A stretch of DNA of 64,000 nucleotides from positions 640,001 through 704,000 of the forward strand of contig JAXHNB010000006.1 in the NCBI GenBank assembly GCA_034520945.1, written 5' to 3'. This document shows positions 49,244-59,380 of this stretch, in pieces (position 1 is the stretch's first letter; every line of letters begins with the position of its first letter). Position numbers and translations under genes: made by a program. The notes below the pieces were generated by a model. That model had not been told where the DNA came from, searched no databases, and worked only from the letters and a program-made list of their open reading frames with translations. The DNA comes from Trueperaceae bacterium (lineage in GTDB: Bacteria > Deinococcota > Deinococci > Deinococcales > Trueperaceae).

Positions 49244-49966
49244 TCACCGTGCACGCACGTCCCACCGCGTCGCGATCCCGAGCGGTTTCTGATCGCTCCG
49301 CCCGTGCTCGGTGATCAGCACCGCCTCGAGTTGCGGGTTCTCGGCGAAGCGGTGCAGCACCTCCTCGGCGGGCGTGTCGCGCGCGGCGAAGGCGTGGTTC
49401 TCACGTGGTTCCTCGTAGTCGAGGAGCTCGGCGACGGTGCGTGCCTCGAAGTCCACCAAGCTCACGTCCTCGTGTTCCATGACGTGCGCCAGCCAGTGCG
49501 CGACGCCGTTGCCGGTGACGAGGCCGCGGAAGGTGCCGTCGTGGTAGGCGGGGAACTGGGTGTAGGCGCGGCCCTCCACCTCACGCAGCGCCTCCAGGAC
49601 GGACTGCGTCACCTCCAGCGAAGCGACCTCGCGCGCGAACGCCTCGTCGGCGCGGGTCGGCCTTAGAAGCCGGTCGCGAACGGCTTCGATCTCCTCCAGG
49701 ACGTGCGAACTGGGGATGGAGAGGTACTCGTAGGGCTGATAGCGCTCGTGCACGATCACGTTGCGCAGGTCCGCGAACGCCAGCATCGCTTCGAAGTCGC
49801 GCTCCCACCAACGATGCGCCTTCACGAACCGGTGGGCGGCGGTGCGGAAGCTCTCGTGCCGGTCCACGCCGGTGCGCTCCTTGAGCGCCTGCTCGACGGT
49901 GTTGAAGGCCGTCAGGAACGCTTCGGCGCGGGCGTTCGCCTCGTCACGGTCGGGTGTCTGCTCCAT
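49244..49966 (-). CDS. HEPN-like domain plus CBS-pair protein
   Basis: Helical N-domain FLTAFNTVEQAL..DLRNVIVH (RxxxxH); CBS YTQFPAY..GLVT and EAVLIT..PLGIATRWD. Confidence 0.8.
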   Translation of the reverse strand: MEQTPDRDEANARAEAFLTAFNTVEQALKERTGVDRHESFRTAAHRFVKAHRWWERDFEAMLAFADLRNVIVHERYQPYEYLSIPSSHVLEEIEAVRDRLLRPTRADEAFAREVASLEVTQSVLEALREVEGRAYTQFPAYHDGTFRGLVTGNGVAHWLAHVMEHEDVSLVDFEARTVAELLDYEEPRENHAFAARDTPAEEVLHRFAENPQLEAVLITEHGRSDQKPLGIATRWDVRAR

Positions 49967-50355
49967 GCTGCCGTCCACCGTACGACGGAAGCGTAGTGGG
50001 CGGTTCGACACGGACGTTGCTGACACATCATTGCGCTGCGTCAGATACCACCATCGATCCATCCGTGGTCGAGCTGGCAGCGTGTGACCATCGCACGGTC
50101 GAACGCACCATGTGGATCGAAGCGCTGGGAGTGCTCGCGGAGCCGCAGTGGCTCAACGGTCCGGCAGCCACGAGTGCGGCATGTCATGCGGACCTTCCTT
50201 CCCGAACGCATGGCGCACTCGAGCCCTCACCCTACGCTGCCGCAACGAGAACGCCGCGGGGATGAGCGCTTCAGCCGGTACGAAAGAAGTCGCGCTGGCG
50301 CAGGCGGCCAGCCTGGCCGTGGAAGACGGCCGCGCGATCCTGAGGCCGATTGAGT

Positions 50356-50843
50356 TCAAAGGCGACCGGAGGCGGGTGCGGTTCGAATGCGCGTGGTCGT
50401 CAGGCCCGCACGTCGAAGATGCCCTACGAACGTGTCGCTGTCGAGGGCTTCGTCGACGAATACGTGCATCCATGTTTGGGGCCCCGCTTCGAACATGATC
50501 GCGTCGCGAACGTGCTGGATTGCCAAGTCATGGTCGTGCGCTACGTACGAACTCGAGGTCCTCGCCATCGTCGACGCGGGCGGCGATCATGGCCGTCGGT
50601 ACGCCACTGCAGAACGCGGAGAAGCTGCAGCTCGATCAGGGTCGTGAACGACACGCCCCCTGCGAGTTCGGCGTGGAGCACGCGCTCGAAGCGACCCCTG
50701 GGTCCGTATGAGCCTACCGACCCGCCCTTGATCCAGCAGCGGACCGTTGTGGGGGGAACCCGTACGATCCTTGCTGCTTCGGCGAACGCGTAGAACGGCA
50801 GCTGAAGAGGAGCCTCGTTCGCGTAGAACACGCGGGCTTCCAT
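50356..50843 (-). pseudogene. Decayed DUF433-type antitoxin plus PIN toxin pair
   Basis: YAFAEAARIVRVPPTTVRCW..SFTTLIE; VPTAMIAAR..VRDAIMFE; then MHVFVDEAL..LRRAG; deletions and frameshifts. Confidence 0.6.
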
Positions 50844-51098
50844 ATGCGGCGAGCGCAGCAGGCGCCTCTGCGGGCATCCAGGTGCATCACTTCTCAGTGA
50901 AGCGCAGCTGCGCGGTTCCTGAACCGCGCCAAGCGATCGGGCTTCGGGGTGGACGCCGTCAATTCGCTCTCGGGCGAACGGGGTCGGACGTGATGCCCCC
51001 GAGTTTTCTTCGGCCGAGTGAGCCAGGCCGGATCATGAGTGAGCCAACGAGCGTTGACAGGTGGCATGTGCCCTTTCATGCCAGCGACGGCCGTCGGC

Positions 51099-51572
51099 TC
51101 ACAACCGCTCGTCGAACCAGAACGGCGCGCCGGCACCGATGACGACCTCTTCGAAGTCCGGGTGCACCGGGTTCAACAGCAGGTTGTGCTCTTGGGGGAC
51201 CAGCACGCTGGGGACGAGCAGCGCCACGCTGGCCGCCTGCTCCAGCCAGGCGTCGCCGATGGCGCGGGCGCCAGGGCTGTTGGGCCGGACACGCCAGTCG
51301 CTCGGCAGGTCGTCGCGTCTCAGCATCAGCACCAGCTCGGCGGGGATCTCGACCGCGAAGGCGACGTATTCGCGTTGGAAGCGGCTTCGTTCCGCGTGGG
51401 CCAGCGTTTCGAGGGCGGCCAGGGAGAGGTGCTCGCTGGCGTAGACGAGGGGCCTGCCGGCGCTGTTCCAGCGCCCGCCGTAGCGGCGGGCCCCTTCGCC
51501 CGAGAATGCCGCGCCTGTGGTGCCGTAGGCGGGCCGCACCAGCCGCCACGCCTGCTGGGGCTCGTCGGTCAT
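51099..51572 (-). CDS. RES domain toxin (NAD+ phosphorylase family)
   Basis: FSGEGARRYGGRWNS, YASEHLSLAALE, VPSVLVPQEHNLLLNP. Confidence 0.93.
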   Translation of the reverse strand: MTDEPQQAWRLVRPAYGTTGAAFSGEGARRYGGRWNSAGRPLVYASEHLSLAALETLAHAERSRFQREYVAFAVEIPAELVLMLRRDDLPSDWRVRPNSPGARAIGDAWLEQAASVALLVPSVLVPQEHNLLLNPVHPDFEEVVIGAGAPFWFDERL

Positions 51573-51576
51573 CGCC

Positions 51577-52011
51577 TCAGGTGTACACGCCGTGTTCGAG
51601 GCGGCCGAGGAGGTCTTCGACTTCGCGCGCGCCGAACTCGGTCTCCGCCAGGGTCAGCGGCGTGACGCCGCCGAGGGCGAGGTTGTCGCTACGGAGCCAG
51701 TCGGCCGCGTCCGCCTCCTCTTCGAACACCTGCGTGGCGCGGGCCAGGAGGGCGGCGACGCGGAGGACGTGCTCGCCCTCCGCCGTGGTGAGCGTGCCAC
51801 TACGTTTGCGGCGGGCGAGCGTGGTGGAGGAGAGGCCGACGGTGCGGGCCAGTTCGGCTTCGCTGACGCCGAGGCGTCGGGCCAGCGTGGTGAACACGCC
51901 GGTGGGCAGGCCTTCTTGGAGGGCTTCGATCCACGCCGCGCGGTCGCCGCCGAGCCCGAGGTCGCTCAGGAGGCCGTGTGGTTCGGGGCGAGGCGGCTGG
52001 AACGTTTCCAT
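51577..52011 (-). CDS. Xre/MbcA/ParS antitoxin
   Basis: HTH plus VFEEEADAADWL..NLALGGVTPL..GAREVEDLLGRLEHGV. Confidence 0.92.
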   Translation of the reverse strand: METFQPPRPEPHGLLSDLGLGGDRAAWIEALQEGLPTGVFTTLARRLGVSEAELARTVGLSSTTLARRKRSGTLTTAEGEHVLRVAALLARATQVFEEEADAADWLRSDNLALGGVTPLTLAETEFGAREVEDLLGRLEHGVYT

Positions 52012-52186
52012 GTGGGAAATCTACCATGCCCATATGGGGGCGCGGCGGCTGGGGGTGCGGAACCCGACCTGCGTTCCGCGCCATCGCCGCACGCGGTCTC
52101 GTGCAGCCCCTTCGGTGCAAAGGGGTGCAACCTCCTACGGCCGCAGTCGGAACGCTGCGCGTGCGCCCGCCGCTACGCTCGCCGCC

Positions 52187-52597
52187 TCACGCCGAACGCG
52201 GCGTCGGCACCGCCTGCCTGAGCGCCGCGTCCAGCCGCTCGCGCACCTCCCGCGCCAGCGGGTTCAGCGTCTGCTGTTGTTCGGCGGTGGCCAGGCCGAA
52301 CACGCGTTCGGGGTCGAGGACCTTCACTTCCGTGCCGCTCTCGACCTCGTGGAGCGTCACCGGGCACGGCAGCAGCAGCGCCAGGTCGCGGTCGACGTCG
52401 AGGACTTCCTTGCCGAAATTGGGGTTGCAAACGCCGAGGATGCGGTGACCTTCGTGGTCCACGTCGAGCTTCTGCTTGAAGATGGCCTGCACGTCGATCT
52501 CGCTGAGTATGCCGAACCCTTGATCCTTCAGGGCGGCTTCGAGGTCTTGGCGGACGGTGTCGAGATCGTTGGGCGAGGTCCTGGCGAGGTCGGGCAT
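52187..52597 (-). CDS. DUF302 domain protein
   Basis: GFGILSEIDVQ, ILGVCNP, LLLPCPV. Confidence 0.9.
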   Translation of the reverse strand: MPDLARTSPNDLDTVRQDLEAALKDQGFGILSEIDVQAIFKQKLDVDHEGHRILGVCNPNFGKEVLDVDRDLALLLPCPVTLHEVESGTEVKVLDPERVFGLATAEQQQTLNPLAREVRERLDAALRQAVPTPRSA

Positions 52598-52815
52598 GGG
52601 GGACTCCTTCTCACGAACGCGGTCGCGTAGGGCCGTCGGTCACGCGTCCTGTCGTGGGCGCTGTGACCCCGGTCGCTTCGCGGCCATCGTACGACCGAGC
52701 CATCCCCACGATCGCCCGCGTACCCGACATGCCCTCGACGGTGGGCAAGCGGGCACGCGCCACTCACGGATGGCACGCCACCACGCACGGGCGACGCCGG
52801 GGAGACCATGGGTCT

Positions 52816-53760
52816 TCAGGATTGCGCTTGCGCCGGCGGACGCCCAGAAAGCGGAAACGTCGCCCCGAACTCGTTCCCTTGCCCGCTGGCGTCATCGCGC
52901 CATGCCCGCGCCCACGCCGTCCCTCCCGCCGCGTCCACGATCGAGCGAACCACGTACAGCCCCAGGCCCCGCCAGCCTGTTCGCGACGCATCGCGTGCGT
53001 GCGGGTCCAACAACGCCTCCAAGCGCTCGGCGGAGAGCGGTTCGCCTTCGTCCCGCACCGCCAGGTACGCTTGGCCGTCCTTCGCGACCACGGCCACCCG
53101 GACGTCCGCATGGTCGGGACCATGCACCGCGGCGTTCTCCAATAGGTTGACCAGCACCTGCAGCACCTTGTCGGGATCGGCCCACACCACGAGGTCGGCC
53201 ACGTCCTGGTGCACCGTGACGCCGTGCTGCTCGAACGTCGGCGCAAGGACCGCGCACGCGCGCGCGACCACCTCGCGGACCGGCACGCTGCGCTCGCGCG
53301 GCGGGGCGACGTCGACCGTGAGGTCGTTCAGGAGGCGCACCAGGCGTTGCGCTTCGCCGTGGGCGCGTTCGAGTAGCTGGGCACGCTCCGCCGCCGGCAG
53401 GTCGTCGTACTCGAGCGCTTCCAGGGTGGAGGTGATGGTGGTGACGGGCGTGCGGAGTTCGTGCGACACCACCGCCAGCATCTCGCGGGCGTCGATCTCC
53501 GCCTGCCGTGCCTCGCTCACGTCCCGCAGCGCCAGGCCGGCCGGGATCGGGACGACGAGCAGGTGCCGGCCCCCCACCTTCAGTTCGGCACGTGCTTGGT
53601 CGTGCCACACGCGTTCGATGCGGTGATCCCGCACGACGGCGATCAACGCCTTGCCGACCGCCCAGCTCGCGTCGACGCCGAGCAGGGCCGCCGCGGCCGC
53701 GTTGACCCGCGCGACGCGGCCGCTCTCGAGCAGAACGACGCCTTCCGCCAGCGCATCGAT
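52816..53760 (-). CDS. phoR: Soluble PAS histidine kinase (PhoR-like), start codon unclear
   Basis: VSHELRTP H-box, VNLLENA N-box, VRDEG, GLGLYVV; no TM; adjacent to phoB. Confidence 0.8.
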   Translation of the reverse strand: MDALAEGVVLLESGRVARVNAAAAALLGVDASWAVGKALIAVVRDHRIERVWHDQARAELKVGGRHLLVVPIPAGLALRDVSEARQAEIDAREMLAVVSHELRTPVTTITSTLEALEYDDLPAAERAQLLERAHGEAQRLVRLLNDLTVDVAPPRERSVPVREVVARACAVLAPTFEQHGVTVHQDVADLVVWADPDKVLQVLVNLLENAAVHGPDHADVRVAVVAKDGQAYLAVRDEGEPLSAERLEALLDPHARDASRTGWRGLGLYVVRSIVDAAGGTAWARAWRDDASGQGNEFGATFPLSGRPPAQAQS

Positions 53761-53767
53761 CCAGGCG

Positions 53768-54478
53768 TCAGGCGCCCGCGTGGGGATCGACCATCCTGTA
53801 GCCCCGGCCTCGAACCGTCTCGATCCAGCCCTTGCCGATCCGGGCGCGGAGCTGCGCCACGTGCTGATCGACGGTGCGCTCGGTGCCCACGAAGTCCATG
53901 CCCCACGCCCCGTCCAGCAGCGCGGCACGTGCGAACACGCGCCCAGGATGCTCGATCATGTGTGCGAGGAGGTCGAACTCACGGCGCGTGAGGGCGAGTT
54001 CCTCGCCTCCACGAAAGGCGCGTCCCGAGGCCGTGTCGACGACGAGGTCGCCGAGCCGGAACCTGAGCGCGGGCGGGGCGCGCCGAAGCAGCGCCCGCAC
54101 GCGCGCCACCAGTTCCGGGGCGCTGAACGGCTTCACCAGGTAGTCGTCCGCCCCCGCCTCCAGCCCGCCCACGCGGTCGCGTTCGGTGGCGCGGGCCGTC
54201 AACATCAGGACCGGCACCTGACGGTCCTCCGGGTCGGCCCGCATCCAGCGAAGCAGCGCGTCGCCGCTCTGGCCCGGAAGCATGCGATCCAGCACGACCG
54301 CGTCGGCGTGGTCGACCCGCCGCCAGGCCTCCTCGGCGTTCTCCGCTTCCGTGACCCGAAATCCGCCGCGCGTCAGGTGGAGCGATACCAGTCTGCGCAC
54401 CGACGCGTCGTCCTCGACGACCAACACCCGCCCGGGCGTCCCATCGCTGCTGGTCGGGTCGTGGCAAGCATCAGCCAT
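53768..54478 (-). CDS. phoB: OmpR-family response regulator
   Basis: VLVVEDD, LDRMLP, GADDYLVKPF, RTVDQHVAQLR, TVRGRGY; pho/pst context. Confidence 0.9.
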   Translation of the reverse strand: MADACHDPTSSDGTPGRVLVVEDDASVRRLVSLHLTRGGFRVTEAENAEEAWRRVDHADAVVLDRMLPGQSGDALLRWMRADPEDRQVPVLMLTARATERDRVGGLEAGADDYLVKPFSAPELVARVRALLRRAPPALRFRLGDLVVDTASGRAFRGGEELALTRREFDLLAHMIEHPGRVFARAALLDGAWGMDFVGTERTVDQHVAQLRARIGKGWIETVRGRGYRMVDPHAGA

Positions 54479-54484
54479 GGTGTC

Positions 54485-54516
54485 ATCTTAGCGTCGCTTC
54501 GTCATGGCCGCGTCAG
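54485..54516 (-). promoter_or_regulatory. Pho-box-like direct repeat and -10 of phoB
   Basis: GTCAT (54501) and GTCAG (54512), 11-bp period, 10 bp from minus-strand TAAGAT. Confidence 0.7.
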
Positions 54517-54559
54517 CCGGCGTTCTGCCGCATGCGCGCCCGTGCTAGCGTCGCCTTCG

Positions 54560-55198
54560 ATGACGCCCTTCGAGCAGGATCTCCAAGAGCTCACGGACCA
54601 GACGGTGCGGATGCTGAGCCTGGTCCGCGAGGCGGTCGAGTTGGCGCGGCGTTCGCTGGTGGGCGCGGACCCCGAGGCGGCGGTTCGCGGCCAGCGCGTC
54701 GAAGACGAGATCAACGACCTGCAGGATCAGTTGGAGAGCCGCATTCTCAGCGTGATTGCGCGCCGTCAGCCCGCCGCGCGCGACCTCCGCCTGTTGGGCG
54801 CGACCTACCGGTCGCTGGCGGACATCGAGCGGGCCGGCGATTACGCCTTTCACGTATCCCGCGCCGGCGCCGAGATGGCCAGCGAACCGCCGCTCAAGAA
54901 GTACCTCGACATGGACCGGATCCTGGCGATCGAGATCGCCATGATCGACGAGACCGCGCGAGCATTGGCCGAGAGCGACACGGAGGCGGCACGGCGTGGA
55001 CACGCCATGGACGAGGAGGTGGATCAGCTCTACGAGCAGATCCAGCGCGAGCTCATCACCTACATGATCGAGGATCCACGCACCATCACCAAGGCGACGC
55101 GCCTGTTGGGGGTGGCCCGCCACCTGGAGCGCTTGGGCGACCACCTGGAGAACGTCGACGAGCACATCCTGTTCTGGTTGACCGGACGGCGCGGCTGA
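54560..55198 (+). CDS. phoU: Phosphate signalling complex protein PhoU
   Basis: IARRQPAARDLR, DIERAGDY, MDEEVDQLY, LERLGDH. Confidence 0.95.
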   Translation: MTPFEQDLQELTDQTVRMLSLVREAVELARRSLVGADPEAAVRGQRVEDEINDLQDQLESRILSVIARRQPAARDLRLLGATYRSLADIERAGDYAFHVSRAGAEMASEPPLKKYLDMDRILAIEIAMIDETARALAESDTEAARRGHAMDEEVDQLYEQIQRELITYMIEDPRTITKATRLLGVARHLERLGDHLENVDEHILFWLTGRRG

Positions 55199-55252
55199 CG
55201 CGGTCCCGCGTCGGGCGACCCTCGGGGCGTGCGCAACGGCGTCGCCCTGCTC

Positions 55253-56056
55253 TCAACCGAAGCGGCCCGACACGTAGTGCTCCGTCAGTTCGTGCTTCGG
55301 GTCGGTGAAGATCTGTTCCGTGGGGCCCTCCTCGACCAGCACGCCGAGGTGCATGAAGGCGGTACGGTCGCTGACCCGCCCCGCCTGCTGCATGTTGTGC
55401 GTGACGATGACGACCGTGTAGTCGCGCTTCATGTCGTGGATCAGCCGTTCGATGCGGTCCGTGGCGATCGGGTCCAGCGCCCCGGTCGGCTCGTCCATCA
55501 GGATCACGTCGGGATCGGTGGCCATGGCGCGTGCGATGCACAAGCGCTGTTGCTGACCGCCGGAAAGCCCCAGGCCGGACTGGTGAAGCTTGTCGTGCAC
55601 CTCCTCCCACAGCGCTGCATGGCGCAGCGATCGCTCCACGAGGGACGGCAGCCCGTTGGCATCGCCGTGCAGGCGCGGCCCGAACGCGACGTTGTCGTAG
55701 ATGCTCTTCGGAAACGGGTTGGGATGCTGAAACACCATGCCGATGCGGCGGCGCAGCTCGACCGGATCGACGGTCGGATCGTAGAGGTCCACGCCGTCGT
55801 AGCCGATGCGTCCTTCGACGCGCACGCCGGGCAGCATGTCGTTCATGCGGTTGATGCAGCGCATCAGCGTCGACTTGCCCGATCCCGAGGCGCCGATCAG
55901 CGCGGTCACCTGGTTGCGGGGTACGCCGAGCGCGATCCGGTGCAGCGCCTGAAACCCGCCGTACCAGAGGCTCAGCTCCTCGACGTCCAATACGGCGGAG
56001 TCCGAGGGGACGGGATCCGTGCGTACGGTGACGTGGTCTGGATCGATGCGTTGCAT
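55253..56056 (-). CDS. pstB: Phosphate ABC transporter ATPase
   Basis: [55 protein letters not shown]. Confidence 0.96.
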   Translation of the reverse strand: MQRIDPDHVTVRTDPVPSDSAVLDVEELSLWYGGFQALHRIALGVPRNQVTALIGASGSGKSTLMRCINRMNDMLPGVRVEGRIGYDGVDLYDPTVDPVELRRRIGMVFQHPNPFPKSIYDNVAFGPRLHGDANGLPSLVERSLRHAALWEEVHDKLHQSGLGLSGGQQQRLCIARAMATDPDVILMDEPTGALDPIATDRIERLIHDMKRDYTVVIVTHNMQQAGRVSDRTAFMHLGVLVEEGPTEQIFTDPKHELTEHYVSGRFG

Positions 56057-56061
56057 CTTGC

Positions 56062-57315
56062 TCACGACGTCCTTTCGAAACGGCGCCGCAGCCAGTTGGC
56101 GGTGGCGTAGAGGAGGACCAGCACGACCAGCAACACGAGGATGGCGGCCGAGGCGACGTGTCTGAACTCCGCGTCGTTCTCCGCCACCCAGGAGTAGATC
56201 TGGACGGGCAGGACGGTATACCTGGACAGCGGCCCATCCGGGAGGTACGGCACGAACGCCGCAGCCCCGACCAGCAGCAGCGGCGCTGTCTCGCCGATCG
56301 CGCGCGCGACGGACAGAATCACGCCCGTGACGATCCCGGGCACCGCGTGAGGCAGGACCACCGTCGCGACCGTCTGCCAACGGGTGGCGCCCAGCGCCAG
56401 GCTGGCTTGACGCAGCGAGTCGGGCACGGCGCGCAGCGCCTCACGTGACGCGATCACGACGACCGGGAGGATCAGCAGCGCCAGCGTCAGCGCGGCCGCC
56501 AAGACGGTGGGCCCCACGCCCCACAGGCGGACGAACACGTAGAGGCCCAGGATCCCGTACACGATGCTGGGGACACCGGCGAGGTTGCGGATGTTCAGCT
56601 CCAACGCACGTGTCAGCCGGTTGTCGGGCGCGTACTCCTCCAGGTAGATGGCGGTGCCCACCCCCAACGGCAAAGCCATCACCATCACCAGGCCGATCAC
56701 CCACAGGGTGCCGGCCAGGGCGGTGCGAAGCCCTGCCATGACCGGCGTTCGGGAGGCGTTGCGGGCGAAGAACGAAACGTCGAGCCAGGGGTTGAGGTAG
56801 AGGCGTTCATGTTCGGCCAGTCCCGCCTGGAGGGACGTCAGGTCGCGCAGGCCGGCCAGGAGGCCATGGTCGGCCACCCGCCGGTCGCGTGCGTTCGTGA
56901 CGACCCAACGAAACGGCCCTTCGTCCGTGAGCCACATCAGCTCGACGCGGTTCCGCGCCCGCCACATGCGCAGCTCCGAAGCGTCGCCAAGGAGCGTGTC
57001 GATCTCCGTGGAGGTCGCCCCCTGGGCGGCCAGCTCCAAACGGATCACGCCCTCACCCCCCAGAGGTGCGCGCCACCACGCGAACGCATGGCCGCTGTTG
57101 GCCGGCTCCACCACCTGCCAGGAGACGACGTCACCGGTGACGTCGAGCAGCAGCACTCCGACGAACGCGATCGCCAGCACCACCGGCACCAAGGTCACCG
57201 CGGCGAAGCCCCGGGCGATCCATTGCCTGCGCGCCGTGCCGGCGCGTCGACCGATCAGCCCGGTGCGCGTGCGGCTCCGGCCTGTCCGCGCGTCCCCGGC
57301 CAGGTCGCCGGTCAC
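56062..57315 (-). CDS. pstA: Phosphate ABC permease PstA with an extracytoplasmic insert
   Basis: [28 protein letters not shown]. Confidence 0.93.
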   Translation of the reverse strand: MTGDLAGDARTGRSRTRTGLIGRRAGTARRQWIARGFAAVTLVPVVLAIAFVGVLLLDVTGDVVSWQVVEPANSGHAFAWWRAPLGGEGVIRLELAAQGATSTEIDTLLGDASELRMWRARNRVELMWLTDEGPFRWVVTNARDRRVADHGLLAGLRDLTSLQAGLAEHERLYLNPWLDVSFFARNASRTPVMAGLRTALAGTLWVIGLVMVMALPLGVGTAIYLEEYAPDNRLTRALELNIRNLAGVPSIVYGILGLYVFVRLWGVGPTVLAAALTLALLILPVVVIASREALRAVPDSLRQASLALGATRWQTVATVVLPHAVPGIVTGVILSVARAIGETAPLLLVGAAAFVPYLPDGPLSRYTVLPVQIYSWVAENDAEFRHVASAAILVLLVVLVLLYATANWLRRRFERTS

Positions 57316-58274
57316 GCGTACGCCTCGCGGAAGCGTCGCACGATCGCCTGCGCGGTCAGGTTGAGGGCCAGCGTCATCACGAACAGCGTGGATGCGACGG
57401 CGTAGAGAGAGCGCGCGGCAACGGACCCTGCGGGTTGGTCTCCGGTCGCCGCTTGAACCACGAACGACGTCATGGTGGCGATGGTCTTGCGCGGGTCGAA
57501 GTGCAGGTCGGGTCGCTGCCCGGCTGCCAACGTGACGATCATCGTTTCGCCGATGGCGCGCGACACGGCCAGGATCAGCGACGCCACGATGCCTGAGAGG
57601 GCCGCAGGGATCACGACCCGCAACACCAACTGGTGCTTGGCCGCCCCCAAGCCGTAGGCGGCCTCGCGCAGAGAACGCGGGACGGCCTGCATCGCGTCGA
57701 CGGACACGCTGCAGATGGTCGGCAGGATCATGAAGCCCATCACGATGCCTGCCGACAAGGGGTTGAACAGGTCGACGCCCGAGATGACGTCGCGAAGCAA
57801 CGGCGTGACGAACAGCAGCGCGAAGTAGCCGAGGACGACCGTCGGAATGCCCGCCAGCAATTCGATCACCGGCAGGATGCGGCGCCTCTGGCGCACGTCG
57901 GCGAATTCGGACAGGTAGCACGCCGCGCCCAGGCCCAGCGGTGCGCCCACCGCCACGGCGATCGTCGTGACCAGCAGCGTTCCGCTGACCAGCGGCGCGA
58001 TGCCGAAGTTGCGGTCCAGGAACAAGGGCGTCCACTCGGGATTGGTGAAGAACTCGACGATCGATACCTCCCGGAAGAAGCCCAGCGTTTCTACGCTCAA
58101 GACGAGCACCACCGCGAGCGTGGTGACGATCGACACCAGCGCGCACGCGAAGAGGAGACCTGCGATCAGCGACTCGCCGATCCTTCGCCGCCCGCGCCGG
58201 CGCAAGCTCTGGGTCTGCAGCCTGGAACCGTGGCGAATCTGCGACTTCATGCGTTCATCCCCGATCGTTGTCAT
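57312..58274 (-). CDS. pstC: Phosphate ABC permease PstC
   Basis: ELLAGIPTVVLG, LREAAYGLGA, SRAIGETM. Confidence 0.95.
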   Translation of the reverse strand: MTTIGDERMKSQIRHGSRLQTQSLRRRGRRRIGESLIAGLLFACALVSIVTTLAVVLVLSVETLGFFREVSIVEFFTNPEWTPLFLDRNFGIAPLVSGTLLVTTIAVAVGAPLGLGAACYLSEFADVRQRRRILPVIELLAGIPTVVLGYFALLFVTPLLRDVISGVDLFNPLSAGIVMGFMILPTICSVSVDAMQAVPRSLREAAYGLGAAKHQLVLRVVIPAALSGIVASLILAVSRAIGETMIVTLAAGQRPDLHFDPRKTIATMTSFVVQAATGDQPAGSVAARSLYAVASTLFVMTLALNLTAQAIVRRFREAYA

Positions 58275-58279
58275 GGAGG

Positions 58280-58310
58280 GTGCTCCCCGTCGTCACAGGA
58301 CGGGGAGCAC
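58280..58310. terminator. pstS-pstC intercistronic hairpin
   Basis: GTGCTCCCCGTC...GACGGGGAGCAC. Confidence 0.65.
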
Positions 58311-58345
58311 GCGGCGGTCGTGGCCGGCTCGGGCGTTGGGGGGCG

Positions 58346-59329
58346 CTACTCGTCGCCCGCCTGCTGGACGGCGTCGAGGACGCTGTCGCCCGGCTCGAAG
58401 GTCGCGAAGGAGGTGCCGGTCGTCCGGGCCGACAGCCGGTCGGCGGCCGCGTCGTAGATCTCGCGGGGGTAGGCGAGGTACCCCGTGTCGGCCACGAGGG
58501 GCTCCGCGTCGGGGGAGATGGCGAACTCCGCGAACGTGCGGAGCGTGTCGTTGCTGCTGAGGCGGTCGGCGTTGAAGTACAGGAACAGGGGGCGCGACAA
58601 GGGGGTGTAGGTGTTCGCGGCGATCGTCTCGGGGCTGGGCTCGATGCAGCCGCTGCCGCCGTCGATTGCCACCAGCGACAGGCGGTCGGTGTTCTCGGCG
58701 TAGTAGGCGTACCCGAAGAATCCCATGGCGTTCTCGTCTCCGGACACGCCTTGGACCAACACGTTGTCGTCTTCGCTGGGGAAGAAGTCGGTGCGGACGG
58801 CACCGCTCTCGCCGTTCACGGCCTCGGTGAAGTAGTCGAACGTGCCGGAGTCCGTGCCCGCGCCGTAGAGCACGATATCCTCAGCCGGCCACTCGGCACG
58901 CACGTCCTGCCACTGGCTGACGTCCGAGTCGGGCCGCCAGATGGCATGGAGTTCCGCCACGCTCAGGCACTGCACGAAATCGTTGTCGGGATGCACCACG
59001 ACCGACAGCCCGTCCGCCGCGATGGGCAGCTCGACGAACGGCACGTCGTTCTGGGCGCACGCCTCGACCTCGCTGGCCTTGATCGGCCGGCTGGCGCCGC
59101 TCACGTCGGTCTCTCCCCGGCAGAACTTCTCGAAGCCCGCGCCGGTCCCGGAGAACGCGACCGTGAGTCGTGCGTCCGGGTGCATGATCTGGAACTCCTC
59201 GCTCAGGGCGAGGCTGATGGGGTAGACGGTGGACGAGCCGTCGATGCGGACGTCCTGGGCCAATGCGAGCGATACCATCGTGACGAGAACGACGAGTGCG
59301 AGGGCGAGGGCGTTGGATGAACGGGTCAT
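58346..59329 (-). CDS. pstS: Phosphate-binding protein
   Basis: IDGSSTVYP, SGTGAGFEKFC, DSGTFDYF, YTPLSRPLF. Confidence 0.96.
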   Translation of the reverse strand: MTRSSNALALALVVLVTMVSLALAQDVRIDGSSTVYPISLALSEEFQIMHPDARLTVAFSGTGAGFEKFCRGETDVSGASRPIKASEVEACAQNDVPFVELPIAADGLSVVVHPDNDFVQCLSVAELHAIWRPDSDVSQWQDVRAEWPAEDIVLYGAGTDSGTFDYFTEAVNGESGAVRTDFFPSEDDNVLVQGVSGDENAMGFFGYAYYAENTDRLSLVAIDGGSGCIEPSPETIAANTYTPLSRPLFLYFNADRLSSNDTLRTFAEFAISPDAEPLVADTGYLAYPREIYDAAADRLSARTTGTSFATFEPGDSVLDAVQQAGDE

Positions 59330-59348
59330 TCGGATCACCTCCGCCGTC

Positions 59349-59380
59349 AACCTAAGGCGCTTCTGTCATGGCAGCGTCAC
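59349..59380 (-). promoter_or_regulatory. Pho-box-like direct repeat and -10 of pstS
   Basis: CTGTCAT-GGCA-GCGTCAC, 11-bp period, 10 bp from minus-strand TAGGTT. Confidence 0.75.

Noticed and set aside
52664..52677. GTGAC-CCCG-GTCGC upstream of DUF302 as a fifth Crp/Fnr box
   Set aside because: Poor right half-site and no clear -10 at the expected spacing
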